64,000 nucleotides of DNA from a virus (taxonomy: Duplodnaviria; Caudoviricetes): the IMG/VR virus record IMGVR_UViG_2933206877_000003, positions 10,092-74,091 of that record. One strand, written 5' to 3'. This document shows positions 10,291 to 20,273 of the stretch, piece by piece (the stretch's first letter is position 1; every line of letters starts with the position of its first letter). The translations under genes and the position numbers were made by a program. Under the pieces are notes generated by a model, which saw only the letters and a program-made list of their open reading frames with translations, was not told the DNA's origin and searched no databases.

Positions 10291-10755
10291 TCAGCGGCCG
10301 GTGAAGGCGTCGCAGGTGACGGTGAAGGTGATGGCGGCCTGGGCGCCCTGGTCGACCTGGCCCTGGGAGAGCTGGTGGGCGGAGACCATGGCGCTCATCA
10401 CGGCGCCGCCCAGCGAGCGGTCTGTGGCGATGGCTGTCGCGGCCGCGGTGAACAGCTCGTACGCCCGCTTCCGGGCGGCGGCCAGGTCGGTGCCGCCCTG
10501 GAGCACGGCGGCAACGCAGCGGATGGTCAGCTGCTCACGGTCCGGGTTGCCGCCGAGCCCTTCCCGCATCACCAGGGCTTCGGCGTCGGAGGCACCGTCC
10601 TCGCCGGTGTAGGCGACCGTCACCACCTCGGTGACACGGGCCTGGGACACGGAAGCGCCGTCGCGGATCGCGACGCCGGTGAGGCCCTCGGCCGTGGTGA
10701 AGGCGCGCACCAGGGCGTCGATGGCGGCGGGAAGTGTCGACGTCCAGCCGGGCAT
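10291..10755 (-). CDS. Tail terminator/completion protein
   Basis: DRSLGGAV motif, follows adaptor. Confidence 0.7.
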   Translation of the reverse strand: MPGWTSTLPAAIDALVRAFTTAEGLTGVAIRDGASVSQARVTEVVTVAYTGEDGASDAEALVMREGLGGNPDREQLTIRCVAAVLQGGTDLAAARKRAYELFTAAATAIATDRSLGGAVMSAMVSAHQLSQGQVDQGAQAAITFTVTCDAFTGR

Positions 10756-11300
10756 CAGGCCACACCCGGGAGCGGGGTGTCGAGCAGTTCCAGCGCACGG
10801 TTCGGGATCGCGTAGCCGCGGCTCGGGGTGTACGTCTCCGTGTCGCCGCCGAACTGCACCTGCATCATGCCGCGCTGTGTCTCCCACAGGTGCTGAATGA
10901 TGATCTTCGCGGCGAGGCGGACGTTGGCCCCGACCACGGTGAGGCCGGCCTGGTAGATCCCGACCGCCGTGCCCCTGATCGTGGCTCCGAGGAGAGTGAC
11001 ACGGCCCGACTCTGGGTCTACGTGCGCGGCGCTGGGACTGACGTCCCAGGAGTGTGAGCCGTCGAGAGAAGTCAGCGACGTAAGAGAGATGACCGGCACC
11101 GACCGGAGCAGGAACGACCGCACTGGCCGGTGGAAGTCGAGTTCGTCGACGATGGTGCGCGGCTCGACGACTTTCCCGAGCTGCTTCTCTACCGCTGCGG
11201 TGGCCGCGTCGATGAAACCGAGGAGTTCGACGTCGTCGGCGGTGTTGTCGTCGGGGATGTTCAGCTGTGCTTTGGCGGCGGCCAGGCTCACTATCGCCAC
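10755..11300 (-). CDS. Head-to-tail adaptor
   Basis: IVSLAAAKAQLNI...DDVELLGFIDAAT...HLWETQRG. Confidence 0.85.
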   Translation of the reverse strand: MAIVSLAAAKAQLNIPDDNTADDVELLGFIDAATAAVEKQLGKVVEPRTIVDELDFHRPVRSFLLRSVPVISLTSLTSLDGSHSWDVSPSAAHVDPESGRVTLLGATIRGTAVGIYQAGLTVVGANVRLAAKIIIQHLWETQRGMMQVQFGGDTETYTPSRGYAIPNRALELLDTPLPGVA

Positions 11301-11316
11301 GTGGTCACCTCCGAGG

Positions 11317-13203
11317 TCAGGCCGGCATGAGTTGCCGGATGGCGGTTGTGATCCGGCGGGCGAGGTAGGCGTGGCCGGCGTCGTTGGGGTGGACGGAGTC
11401 GGCGCCGATGTAGCCGGCCTGGTTGGCGCTGTTGATGAACGCGCCGTGGGTGGCGACGAGGTTGCCTGCGCTGTCGTAGCAACTGCCGGTGAGAGGGCTG
11501 ACGAACGGGATACCGGCGCCTGCGGCTGCCGTTCGCAGGGTCGCGTCCGTGTTCTGGAGTGACGCCGCTGGGCTGGCGGTCGGGGACCAGCAGCCGAGGA
11601 CGTACATCTGCGCGGACGGCAGTCCGGTTTTGATCGTCGCGTACAGGCTGTCGGCCGCCGTCTTGATCGCGGGCTGGCTGGCGCCGTTGTCGTTGTAGCC
11701 CGCCCAGATGATGACCCGGTCCGGGGCATTGCCGATGACGTCTGTGGCGACGCGGTCGGCGAGGATCGCGTAGGAGCCGGCGGTCACATACCCGGTGCCG
11801 CCGCGGGCCTCGTCCCAGACGTCCGACCAGCCCATCCGGCGGGCGAAGCGCTGCACCCACGTACCAGCGCCGCCGCCCACATTGTTCGAGGAGCCGTCGG
11901 ACAGAGAGTCCCCGAAGAGGACGGTGCGGCCGCCACCCGGGGCGACCGGCCACAATGCCGCGGTCGGTGGGAGGTAGATCCCTCCCAGGGGGACGGTGTA
12001 GAAGTCGAAGCGGACGGTGCGCAGGGCTGCCGAGCCGAAGTCGACCGTCATCAAATGGGTGGAGCCCGCGGTGGTGCCGCCGATCGGCTGCATCGTGTCG
12101 GTGAGCTTGCGGCCGTCGACCGATATCCGGTAGGCCCCCGCGATCTGGTAGTTGAAGCGCAGCTGGAACGCGGAGGCGTCGGTGGTGAACTCCATCGACC
12201 ACACGGCTTGGCTGCTGGTCAGGTTGCCGCGCGTCCACGGGTAGCGGCTGGTGGGGAGTACGTACGTCGAGTCGGGGGTGCCGGTGCCGATCTGGAAGTT
12301 GCCGGCGCCGAGGTAGGTCCACAGGCCGGTCACGTCGGAGCCGCTCAGGGCGACACCGGGTGGCGCCCACTTCACGTAGCCGCTGGTGGGCGTTGAGGTC
12401 TGCGCGACACTGATCGTGGGCGCGGTGCCCGTGTAGACGCTGTCCGCCACGCTGCCGTCCGGCAGGTCGCGGCGACGCCACGTCGTCAGGGGAAGGAACC
12501 GGGCGGCCGCGTACGCACGGTCGCCGTGTGGGTCCGCAGCCGCTGCGTGCGAGCTGACCTTGTTCGTCGCGTCCGCGGCTGCCGCGGACTGGGCTGATGT
12601 CGCCGCGCCGCTCGGATCCGCCTGTACGTCCGAGGCGCTGAGATTGACGATGCCCTGCTTGCCGTTGACCGAGGTGACCAGGTTGGTTGCCGGGTCGCCC
12701 GGGTCACCCTTCGGGCCCGTCGCACCGGTGGCACCGGCCGCTCCGGCGGCCCCCGGCGCCCCCGGAGCGCCTGGCGGGCCCTGAGCCCCGGTGGCACCGG
12801 CAGGTCCGGGCTCCCCCGGGTCTCCCTTGGGCCCGACGACGGGCACGAAGTTGCCCTGGAGCGGGTCGGGGACGACGACGTCGGCCAGGACGACGGTCGG
12901 CGCGCCTTTCGGGAGAGCGATGTAGCGGACCCAACCGGGCGCGTTGGTGAACATCGCCGTCACGCGATACGTCCACCCCGTCGGTGACATGCCGGTCACA
13001 TCGTTGGCGGCGAGCTCCACGGAGAACTCGCCGTCCACCAACGGCACCTCGACGGCACCGCCGAGGAGGACCTGCTGCCCGTCCACCGTCACCACGTCGG
13101 GCCCAGCGAACAGGATCCGGCCCTCAAACGGCGTCCCGTCCGGCAGGCACAGCCGCCGACCGGAGGAGACCGTCACCCCGTCTACACCAGCAGGCAGTGG
13201 CAC
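11317..13203 (-). CDS. Collagen-repeat protein with C-terminal SGNH/GDSL hydrolase
   Basis: Gly-X-Y run (GPKGDPGEPGPAG...); SGNH blocks GDSL, GGTG, GYND, DSVHP. Confidence 0.8.
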   Translation of the reverse strand: MPLPAGVDGVTVSSGRRLCLPDGTPFEGRILFAGPDVVTVDGQQVLLGGAVEVPLVDGEFSVELAANDVTGMSPTGWTYRVTAMFTNAPGWVRYIALPKGAPTVVLADVVVPDPLQGNFVPVVGPKGDPGEPGPAGATGAQGPPGAPGAPGAAGAAGATGATGPKGDPGDPATNLVTSVNGKQGIVNLSASDVQADPSGAATSAQSAAAADATNKVSSHAAAADPHGDRAYAAARFLPLTTWRRRDLPDGSVADSVYTGTAPTISVAQTSTPTSGYVKWAPPGVALSGSDVTGLWTYLGAGNFQIGTGTPDSTYVLPTSRYPWTRGNLTSSQAVWSMEFTTDASAFQLRFNYQIAGAYRISVDGRKLTDTMQPIGGTTAGSTHLMTVDFGSAALRTVRFDFYTVPLGGIYLPPTAALWPVAPGGGRTVLFGDSLSDGSSNNVGGGAGTWVQRFARRMGWSDVWDEARGGTGYVTAGSYAILADRVATDVIGNAPDRVIIWAGYNDNGASQPAIKTAADSLYATIKTGLPSAQMYVLGCWSPTASPAASLQNTDATLRTAAAGAGIPFVSPLTGSCYDSAGNLVATHGAFINSANQAGYIGADSVHPNDAGHAYLARRITTAIRQLMPA

Positions 13204-13233
13204 AGGTCACCCCCGATTCGTTGGCGCTGGGAA

Positions 13234-13590
13234 CTACTTGCTGTCGGCCGGCTTGGCCGCGGCCGACTTCGACGCGGTGGTCTTGGCCGCCGTGGCCTTC
13301 TTCGCGGGGGCCGGCTTGGTGTCCGCGTTCGCGGGCCGAGGCTGGGGCTCGACGGCGGCCTCGGGGGGCCGCGCGGCCGCGGTCGTCTGCGGCGCTGACT
13401 CCTTGGCCTTCGTCTCGGGCGCCGACTTCTTCTCCGCCTCCTCGGCCTCCTCTTGCTTGTCGACGTCGTAGCCGTACTGCTCGCGCAGCACCTGGGCGAC
13501 GTACTCGGCGTCCTTCGTTCGCTTTGCGCGGCGGTAGGACTCGTATTCGTCGATCAGCGCTGTCTTGTAGCGCTCGTCGATGACCTTCAC
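13234..13590 (-). CDS. Hypothetical protein with Ala/Lys/Pro-rich tail
   Basis: GTG overlapping upstream stop; typical codon usage. Confidence 0.65.
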   Translation of the reverse strand: MKVIDERYKTALIDEYESYRRAKRTKDAEYVAQVLREQYGYDVDKQEEAEEAEKKSAPETKAKESAPQTTAAARPPEAAVEPQPRPANADTKPAPAKKATAAKTTASKSAAAKPADSK

Positions 13591-14288
13591 AGCGGGCTCA
13601 CCTGCTCGATGTCGGGGAGTTGGGCGTAGTACTGGTCCTTCGCGGCGCGACGCATCGCGGGCCGCTGCCGGGTGCGGTGCTCCAGGCGGACGTCCCACAG
13701 CGGCAGGGCGGGGGCAGCGCGGTGCACGGTGTCGTTGCCGACCAGGACCCGGGTGCTGCCGTCCTCGGCCGGGGCGGTCACGACGTAGTGGGCCTGCTGG
13801 ATGCGGATGCCGGGCAGCGCCCGGAACGCGACCCGGATCGGGAACTGCGAGTCCTGGCCGTCATCGATGCCGCGCTCCCACATCGTCACCTCGGCAACGT
13901 CGTGATCGGTCTCCGTGAGCTGCTTCTTCGTGTCGGCGGGCACGCTAGTGAACACCTCGTCGGCGTCGACCCGGAGCAGCCAGTCGGTGCCCGGCTGCGC
14001 CATCGTCATCGCGAGCCGGAACATGTAGTCCCGTTTGCCGACTTCGCCGCCCCACCAGGGCTCGCGGGGAACATGGATGGTGCAGCCGATCCCCGCACCG
14101 GCCGCGGTCCGTGCGATCGTGTCGGCCTGCTCGGAGCCGGACGCCGGTTTCCGGGTGGCCCCGGGGAAGCGGGCGTACGGTCCGTCGACCGCGATCAGGT
14201 GGTCGCAGAGCTGGGCGAGTCCGGCGACGCACTCGGCGAGCCACGGCGCGGGCTCTTCGTACCAGGACAGCAGCCCGATGACCTTCAT
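13587..14288 (-). CDS. Glycosyltransferase (GT-A/GT2-like)
   Basis: LIAVDG and WLLRVDADE (DxD) motifs. Confidence 0.75.
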   Translation of the reverse strand: MKVIGLLSWYEEPAPWLAECVAGLAQLCDHLIAVDGPYARFPGATRKPASGSEQADTIARTAAGAGIGCTIHVPREPWWGGEVGKRDYMFRLAMTMAQPGTDWLLRVDADEVFTSVPADTKKQLTETDHDVAEVTMWERGIDDGQDSQFPIRVAFRALPGIRIQQAHYVVTAPAEDGSTRVLVGNDTVHRAAPALPLWDVRLEHRTRQRPAMRRAAKDQYYAQLPDIEQVSPL

Positions 14289-14785
14289 GCGTGGATCCCC
14301 AGCCAGGCGCCCCGCGGGTTGCGCAGGGACATGCCGGGCTGTCCGGTCTGCGCGCACGCGAATCCGATCTGTGCGTGCACGGACGCCGGGATGTGCCCGT
14401 TTCCGGCGTCGTGCACGAGGACCACGGAGCCCGGCTTCCCGTGCTCGGCCCACAGTGCGATCTCGGCGAAGCGGACGTCGACGTCGCTGTCGAGGATCAC
14501 GAAGTCGGCCTCAGCCATGTGGTCGGCGGTCGGCGTCACGAGGTCCGGGTGTGCCGGCGGCCGCCGCCATGCCGGGTCCGACTCGACGCCGAGGAACTGG
14601 CAGGAGGTGAGGTCGAGATGGTCGGTGATGCGGCCGATCCCGACACCGGTCTCCAGGACGTGCTTCGGCTGGAGCATGCGCTGGAGCAGCCCGGCGAACC
14701 GGCAGAAGTCTTGCTCGGGCGACCATTCGTCCCACGACAACCAGCCCGGCTGGGCGTGCCGCGTGTACTGCTGCTCGTCGTGCAT
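14285..14785 (-). CDS. Class I SAM-dependent methyltransferase
   Basis: VLETGVGIG motif I, FVILDS, VLVHD. Confidence 0.75.
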   Translation of the reverse strand: MHDEQQYTRHAQPGWLSWDEWSPEQDFCRFAGLLQRMLQPKHVLETGVGIGRITDHLDLTSCQFLGVESDPAWRRPPAHPDLVTPTADHMAEADFVILDSDVDVRFAEIALWAEHGKPGSVVLVHDAGNGHIPASVHAQIGFACAQTGQPGMSLRNPRGAWLGIHA

Positions 14786-14800
14786 GGGTCTCCCGGATCA

Positions 14801-14830
14801 GGGGGGGCCGGGCTGGGTGCCCGGCCCCTC
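14801..14830 (-). terminator. GC-rich hairpin after major capsid gene
   Basis: GGGGCCGGGC-TGGGT-GCCCGGCCCC inverted repeat. Confidence 0.55.
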
Positions 14831-14837
14831 AGGCGGA

Positions 14838-16226
14838 TCAGAAGGACGGGGCGATCAGGCCTGTGCCGCCGATCTCGACGACCGACTGGGGGTACCGAGC
14901 CGCGGTGAAGGCCAGGTAGCCGTAGACCTGGAGTCGGACGGTGAGGTTGCCGGAGCCGACCTCGGGCAGGACCCGGGAGCGGATGCCCGACTCGTAGAGG
15001 ATGACGTCCGACGCCCGCAGGACGTGGATGACGTCCTCCGTGGTGGAGGCGCCCAGGTTGGTCGGCATGCTCGGGTCGGTGACGACCGGCAGGCCGTGCA
15101 TCGAGCCGACGACCTGCTGCGAGCCGACCACGCCGAGCGTGGCGACCGCGTTCTGCGGGTTGCCGCTGTTCGGGACAACCAGGGGGCGGCCGGTGGAGTC
15201 GGATGCGGCGAGCAGGTACGCCCACCGGCGCGGGTGCATGACGATGACCGTCGGCGCCATGAAGCGGAGGGTGTGGACCCGCTGCACCGCGTCTGCGATC
15301 TTGCTGTAGAGCTTCGCGACGGACGGGGTGGCGTCGGTGTAGCTGACCGTGGTGATCCCGGCCGTGTTGCGGACACCGGTGACCTGGCCGGCCGAGCCCG
15401 AGCCGGAGATGACCTGGAGGTCGACCTTCGTGGCGTAGTCGGCGACCAGGTCGCGGAAGATGACCTCGTCGAAGCTCACCGGGGACTGGTCGAGCAGCTG
15501 GATCGCGACGTCCTGCTGACCGGCGATCGTGCGTACCGGCGCGTTGATGAACGTGTCGGTCGCGTCGGTCTCCTGCACCGGGCCGTTGTCCGCGGTCTGC
15601 ACCCCGGTGGCCGTGCCGGTGGCCACCTTAGGGATGTTGATGCTGTCGGTTCCGCCGGGCAGCGGCTGATTGTTGACGACGTTTGCGTACGCGCGGCCGG
15701 CGCGGGCCAGCTCGATGTACTGGTCCATGAGCCACAGCGGCGGCACGAAGTATCCGCCCTGCCCGTCGGTGCGGGTCAGGTCCCGGTACTCGGGGTCGGT
15801 GGCGACGTCCTGGGCGTGGCGCTGGAGCCGCTCGCGGGCGGTGCCGTCGTCCATGTTCAGCTGGACGCGGGCGAGGTCCTGGAGGTAGCTGCGCCCGTTG
15901 CCCTTCGCGTAGGTGCGCTCCTCGGAGACGCTGGACACGCGGGCCTTGGCGCGCTTCACCGCGGCGGCGCCGGCGGTGACGGTGGCGGAGCGCTCCGCTT
16001 CGGCGGTCAGCTCCGAGATCCGCTCGTCGAGCTGCGTGAGCTGCCCGTCGAAGTCGGCGATCTGGCCCGTAAGCTCGCGGAACTCGGAGTCCTCCTCGGG
16101 GAGGAGGTCCTCGCGAGCCTCCTCCTCGGCGAGGTCGGTGATGGCCTTGCGCTTGGCGAGGGTGTCCTCGCGCTGCTGCGCGATCTGCTCGCGGCGGGAA
16201 AGAAGCCGCCGGAATCGCTCATCCAT
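14838..16226 (-). CDS. Major capsid protein, HK97 fold with N-terminal scaffold domain
   Basis: Coiled-coil N-terminus, GGYFVPP, VMHPRRW, GLPVVTD. Confidence 0.95.
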   Translation of the reverse strand: MDERFRRLLSRREQIAQQREDTLAKRKAITDLAEEEAREDLLPEEDSEFRELTGQIADFDGQLTQLDERISELTAEAERSATVTAGAAAVKRAKARVSSVSEERTYAKGNGRSYLQDLARVQLNMDDGTARERLQRHAQDVATDPEYRDLTRTDGQGGYFVPPLWLMDQYIELARAGRAYANVVNNQPLPGGTDSINIPKVATGTATGVQTADNGPVQETDATDTFINAPVRTIAGQQDVAIQLLDQSPVSFDEVIFRDLVADYATKVDLQVISGSGSAGQVTGVRNTAGITTVSYTDATPSVAKLYSKIADAVQRVHTLRFMAPTVIVMHPRRWAYLLAASDSTGRPLVVPNSGNPQNAVATLGVVGSQQVVGSMHGLPVVTDPSMPTNLGASTTEDVIHVLRASDVILYESGIRSRVLPEVGSGNLTVRLQVYGYLAFTAARYPQSVVEIGGTGLIAPSF

Positions 16227-16365
16227 GAGCGGGTGCCCTTCTGGCGATACGGATCATGACGGCGGCCAGTGCCAGGCCGTGATGAGCCGTCGAGCGCCAG
16301 TGCCAGGCGGGCGACAGCGGACCGTGATCAGTGCCTGATCACGGGTGGAGCGGGGGTGCGCCGGG

Positions 16366-17421
16366 TCAGGACCCGGCGTCTTCGAGGTGGCGGCGCAGGT
16401 GCCGCTCGACGGCGGCCTTCTGCTCGTCGGGCATGTCGGACTGCGGGAGCAGCGACAGCGCATGCCGGACGGCCGGCAGTGATGCCGGCGATCCGAGACG
16501 GGGCTCGTGGTGCGGGAACCGGTACGACTCCGCCGAGGCCGGGTCTCCGGCCGGATCGACGTACGCGTGCACGTACCGCAGGAGGATCGGGTTGCCGTCT
16601 GCTCCTTCGATCGCCGCGCGCCGGTCGAGGGCGACGATGTCGGTGGCCGTCGCGTGCGCGGGGATCTGCTCGGCCAGCTGGACGACGACGCTGCCCTCCG
16701 CGATGGCGCGCGCCTCGGCGACGGTAAGACGGCCGCTGCTGGTCTTCTTCGGCTCGGGCCGCATCCGCCGGTGCATCGCCGCGACGGTGTCGCGGGCGCG
16801 GGTCAGGCGCTCCAGATCGATACCGTCGGATCGGATCTCGGCGAGCGCGGCCTCCGGGTCGAGCGTGGCCAACAGCTCCAGGGCCTCGCTCGCGCTGTTC
16901 AGCTGCGCGGATGTCGCCGGGTTGGCCCCCCAGTTGACCACGCTGACGTCGCCCTTGTGGAGGGAGACCTCCAGCAGCCGGCGCTCGGTGTAGTCCTCGG
17001 ACCACTCGTCGTCCTTGACGCGGAACCCGAAGCTCATCTCGTCCATGTCGCCGCGCTTCATCTTCGGCACGAGGCTCTGCACGTCGGGGTCAGACGGATC
17101 GAGCCCGGCTTCGACGTGCAGACCGGTCGTGTCCGTGGCCAGTTTCAGCGTGCCGGACTTCGTACGGGCGAGCGGCATGCCGGCGTGGTTGATGAGCAGG
17201 TGGGTGTCGGCGCGGGCAGCGAGGGTCGTGTCGAACGCCTTCCGGTCGACGACCTCGGTCCAGCCGTACGGCGGGCCGCCGTACACCTCGTAGGGGCTGT
17301 CGAAGACGGACGCGTAGCCGGTGAGGAGGAGCTGACCGCCTCCCATCTCGCGCAGCTCGAAGCGCCCGGACGCGATGCCTCGCCGCTCCGGGGAGTCCCT
17401 GAGCTGCTTGCGGTCAACCAT
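16366..17421 (-). CDS. HK97-family prohead protease with C-terminal extension
   Basis: GYASVF, LLINH, MSFGFRV, DVSVV motifs. Confidence 0.92.
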   Translation of the reverse strand: MVDRKQLRDSPERRGIASGRFELREMGGGQLLLTGYASVFDSPYEVYGGPPYGWTEVVDRKAFDTTLAARADTHLLINHAGMPLARTKSGTLKLATDTTGLHVEAGLDPSDPDVQSLVPKMKRGDMDEMSFGFRVKDDEWSEDYTERRLLEVSLHKGDVSVVNWGANPATSAQLNSASEALELLATLDPEAALAEIRSDGIDLERLTRARDTVAAMHRRMRPEPKKTSSGRLTVAEARAIAEGSVVVQLAEQIPAHATATDIVALDRRAAIEGADGNPILLRYVHAYVDPAGDPASAESYRFPHHEPRLGSPASLPAVRHALSLLPQSDMPDEQKAAVERHLRRHLEDAGS

Positions 17422-18700
17422 GGTTCCCCCTCGGGGCTTTGACGAGGCGCAGCCCGGCGTCGTGTGGCGGCCGGTCGCCGCGGATCTGCGGCACGTGGAT
17501 GGCGGAGCCGGCCTGGATCGGCAGCGGCGTGTAGTCCTGGCCCTTGCCGTCAGGCAGCGGCGCCTCGTCCTCGCGGGCCCGCAGCTCGTCGAGGTTGTTC
17601 AGGCCGATCAGGCGGGACTTCTCGTACACCGAGTGCCGGGTGAGGATGTCCACCCGGATCAGGGCGTCGGCGTTGAACTTGATGAACTGGCCGCGCGGGA
17701 GCAGCTCCGAGAGGTGGTTCTCCAGCTTCACCAGGTACGGCAGCAGGGCGTCCTGGATGAATTCGATCTGCCGCTGCTCGGGCGAGCTGTAGCTGTAGCT
17801 CCCGCCCGTCTCGCCGCCGATCTTCTCCGGCGGGATGCCGTACACCGCAGCGATCTGCGTGGCCGTGAGCCGCTGCGTCTCGCAGAACTGCGCCTCCTGG
17901 ACAGAGACGGTGATCGGCGCGTACTCCCAGTCCTTGCCGTAGACGATCGGTTCGTGGGACCGGATCGCGGAGACGAGGCGGCGCTTGATGGTGTTCGCCG
18001 TGGACTGGTCGATGGTCTGGGTGGTGTTCCTGAAGTGGCCGGGCGGCTGGCCACCGGAACGGAAGTAGTCGTCCACGAACCGCTGTGCGGCGAGGCCGGT
18101 CGACACGGTTACCGCGTAGGCGGCGAGCGGCGACAGGCCCCAGGTCCGGCCGGGCATCGTGATCCAAGGGATGTGCACGATGTCGTACGTGGGGATCTCG
18201 ATACCGCAGTACGTCCAGACCGGGTCGGTGAAGGAACCGCGCTGCCCCAGCGGCATACGGTCCTGGACGTAGACGAGCGCCGGGTTCAGCCACTCGATCC
18301 GCGTCGGGTACTCCAGCCAGTCCCGCTCCATCACGAGCCCGACCGCGTTGCCGCGGTAGACCAGCGACGTCATCGCCCGGCCCAGCCAGTCGTCGATCGT
18401 GCCCTGCGCGGACGGCTTCCGGAACAAGGTGCTGAGCGGGAGCTTCGTGGTGGCGTCGCCGACCCGCCGGTACTGCTGGATCGGCAGCGACGACACACCG
18501 GACGACAGCGCCCGGCCGGCGGCGAACACCGGGGTGAGTGCGAGCGCTCCCCGTTCAGAGAGGGCGGCTGGGGACGCGATGTCGCTAGTCGGCCAGGACA
18601 CGTTGTCCGGGCCGAGGCTGCGCTGCTCGCCCCCGCCCCGCGCCGGCGAACTGGTGCCGCGCGTCCAGCCCCAGCGGCGGAAGGAGAGGGGGTTGCGCAC
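17414..18700 (-). CDS. Portal protein (HK97 type)
   Basis: SSLPI, RGNA, GLSPL, IAAVYGIPPEKIG, ELRARED. Confidence 0.95.
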   Translation of the reverse strand: MRNPLSFRRWGWTRGTSSPARGGGEQRSLGPDNVSWPTSDIASPAALSERGALALTPVFAAGRALSSGVSSLPIQQYRRVGDATTKLPLSTLFRKPSAQGTIDDWLGRAMTSLVYRGNAVGLVMERDWLEYPTRIEWLNPALVYVQDRMPLGQRGSFTDPVWTYCGIEIPTYDIVHIPWITMPGRTWGLSPLAAYAVTVSTGLAAQRFVDDYFRSGGQPPGHFRNTTQTIDQSTANTIKRRLVSAIRSHEPIVYGKDWEYAPITVSVQEAQFCETQRLTATQIAAVYGIPPEKIGGETGGSYSYSSPEQRQIEFIQDALLPYLVKLENHLSELLPRGQFIKFNADALIRVDILTRHSVYEKSRLIGLNNLDELRAREDEAPLPDGKGQDYTPLPIQAGSAIHVPQIRGDRPPHDAGLRLVKAPRGNHG

Positions 18701-18746
18701 GATGGCCCCCTTCCGGGATCTGTCGAGGGCCGTCGGGCGGCTGCGG

Positions 18747-20273
18747 TCAGAAGATCGAGGCGAGCGGGTCGTATTCGCGGGCCGTGAGCAGGTGGGAGCG
18801 GGAGACGTAGCTCCAGCGGGCGACGCTCATGGCGACGAGCGGGGTGATGTCCACGTCGCTCTTGACCGGGGTCCAGGCGATGGTGTCTCCGGAGGCCTTG
18901 GTCTTGGCGCCGGCCACGGCGACGTCGAGGTGCCGGTTCGGGATGACCCGGAACGTCTGCTCGCGGACCCCGTCGAGGACCTGTCCGGCCGCGGCCGCCA
19001 TTTCCAGAGCGCCGGTCACCGCCAGGTCGCCGGGGTCCGGCTCCTCTGGGTCGTCGGGGAGCTGGAAGTCGGCCTTGTCGAGCGCGGTCTTCAAGAACGC
19101 GTGGGTGCCGCGGCCCATGGCGATGGCGATCGGCTCCAGCGTCTCGCGCAGCTCGATCAGCCGAGGCAGCAGCCACCTCGTGCCGGGCCGATAGTCGGCG
19201 ACCTGGACGTGGCCGAGGCCGTCCGCACGGTTGCCGTAGACGACGATCGCGGCCGAGTCGCGCAGCGGGCTGATGTCGACGCCGAGCGCGAGGCCGGTCT
19301 CCCGGTCACGGACGCTGCCCTCGTCGAGCATCCGCGCCCACTTCGCCGGGTCGATGACCGTCGAGCCCTCGGCGCGCTTGGGCCAGATTCCGAGGATCTC
19401 GCGAGCGAAACCGGCGTCACCCATACCGCGCCGGTCACGTGCCGTGGCCTCTTCGGTGACTCGGTATCCCCATGCAGGGTTGGTGGCCGCCCACAGCTCC
19501 GGATCATCGAGGTCGACGTCCGCGAGGTGCTCCAAGTCGCCGCCGAGACCCCAGTCCCGGTAGCCGAGCGAGGCGTCCCCTCCAGCTTCGGCTCGCTCGC
19601 GCAAGTGGTACATCACGTCGCCGGTGTCGCCGGAGAGCGGCGGCGTCGAGGTGTAGATGATCTGCGGGTTCTGGACGGCCCGCATGGTCGGCATGAGGGC
19701 TTCGTTCTGCTCCCACGAGTAGGCGAACGCCTCGTCGATGATGTTCGTGGTGCCGGTGAAACCGCGGCCGCTGCCCTTGCTGCGGGCGATGAACTTCAAC
19801 TCGGCGTTCGTGTCGAGGCGCTCGAAGCCTTCCTCGCCATTCGTGTTCGAGATCTTGATGCGGATGCCGTCGACCTCGAGCAGGTTCTCATTGGCGCCGA
19901 CCTGCTTGCCGAGCCGCTTGAGCAGCTGCTTCATACGCCGGAACGCGCGGATCGCGGTCTTGTATTCGTGGGCCGACCACATGATCAATTGCTCGCCAAG
20001 TAGCAAGAACCCGGCGAGCGCCCTGATCTCCAAGATGGCGCCCTTGCCGTTCTGGCGCGGCACCCACTCGGCGAACTCGAAACACGCCCACCTCCCGTCC
20101 GGGCGGACGGACATCATCAGGTCGAGGCTGTCCGCCTGCCACGGGTCCGCGGCCAGGCCGGCCCGGCGCGCCAGCTCGCAGGCCTCGGGCCCGAGCGTGT
20201 ACGCGGCCGGCGGGGCGAGTTCAACCCTGGGCCTTGCGCGCGATGCGGGCGGTGAGGTCGGAGACACCCGCAC
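18747..20273 (-). CDS. Terminase large subunit
   Basis: PRQNGK Walker A, IIDEA Walker B, GVDISP nuclease, DITPLVA. Confidence 0.95.
   Translation of the reverse strand: MRVSPTSPPASRARPRVELAPPAAYTLGPEACELARRAGLAADPWQADSLDLMMSVRPDGRWACFEFAEWVPRQNGKGAILEIRALAGFLLLGEQLIMWSAHEYKTAIRAFRRMKQLLKRLGKQVGANENLLEVDGIRIKISNTNGEEGFERLDTNAELKFIARSKGSGRGFTGTTNIIDEAFAYSWEQNEALMPTMRAVQNPQIIYTSTPPLSGDTGDVMYHLRERAEAGGDASLGYRDWGLGGDLEHLADVDLDDPELWAATNPAWGYRVTEEATARDRRGMGDAGFAREILGIWPKRAEGSTVIDPAKWARMLDEGSVRDRETGLALGVDISPLRDSAAIVVYGNRADGLGHVQVADYRPGTRWLLPRLIELRETLEPIAIAMGRGTHAFLKTALDKADFQLPDDPEEPDPGDLAVTGALEMAAAAGQVLDGVREQTFRVIPNRHLDVAVAGAKTKASGDTIAWTPVKSDVDITPLVAMSVARWSYVSRSHLLTAREYDPLASIF

Noticed and set aside
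12700-12835. Short DNA repeats
   Set aside because: Explained by collagen Gly-X-Y coding
13620-16259. 879-aa plus-strand ORF and many other long antisense ORFs (e.g. 3385-5280, 18399-20003, 38230-39750)
   Set aside because: Shadows of real minus-strand genes caused by high GC3; no motifs or RBS
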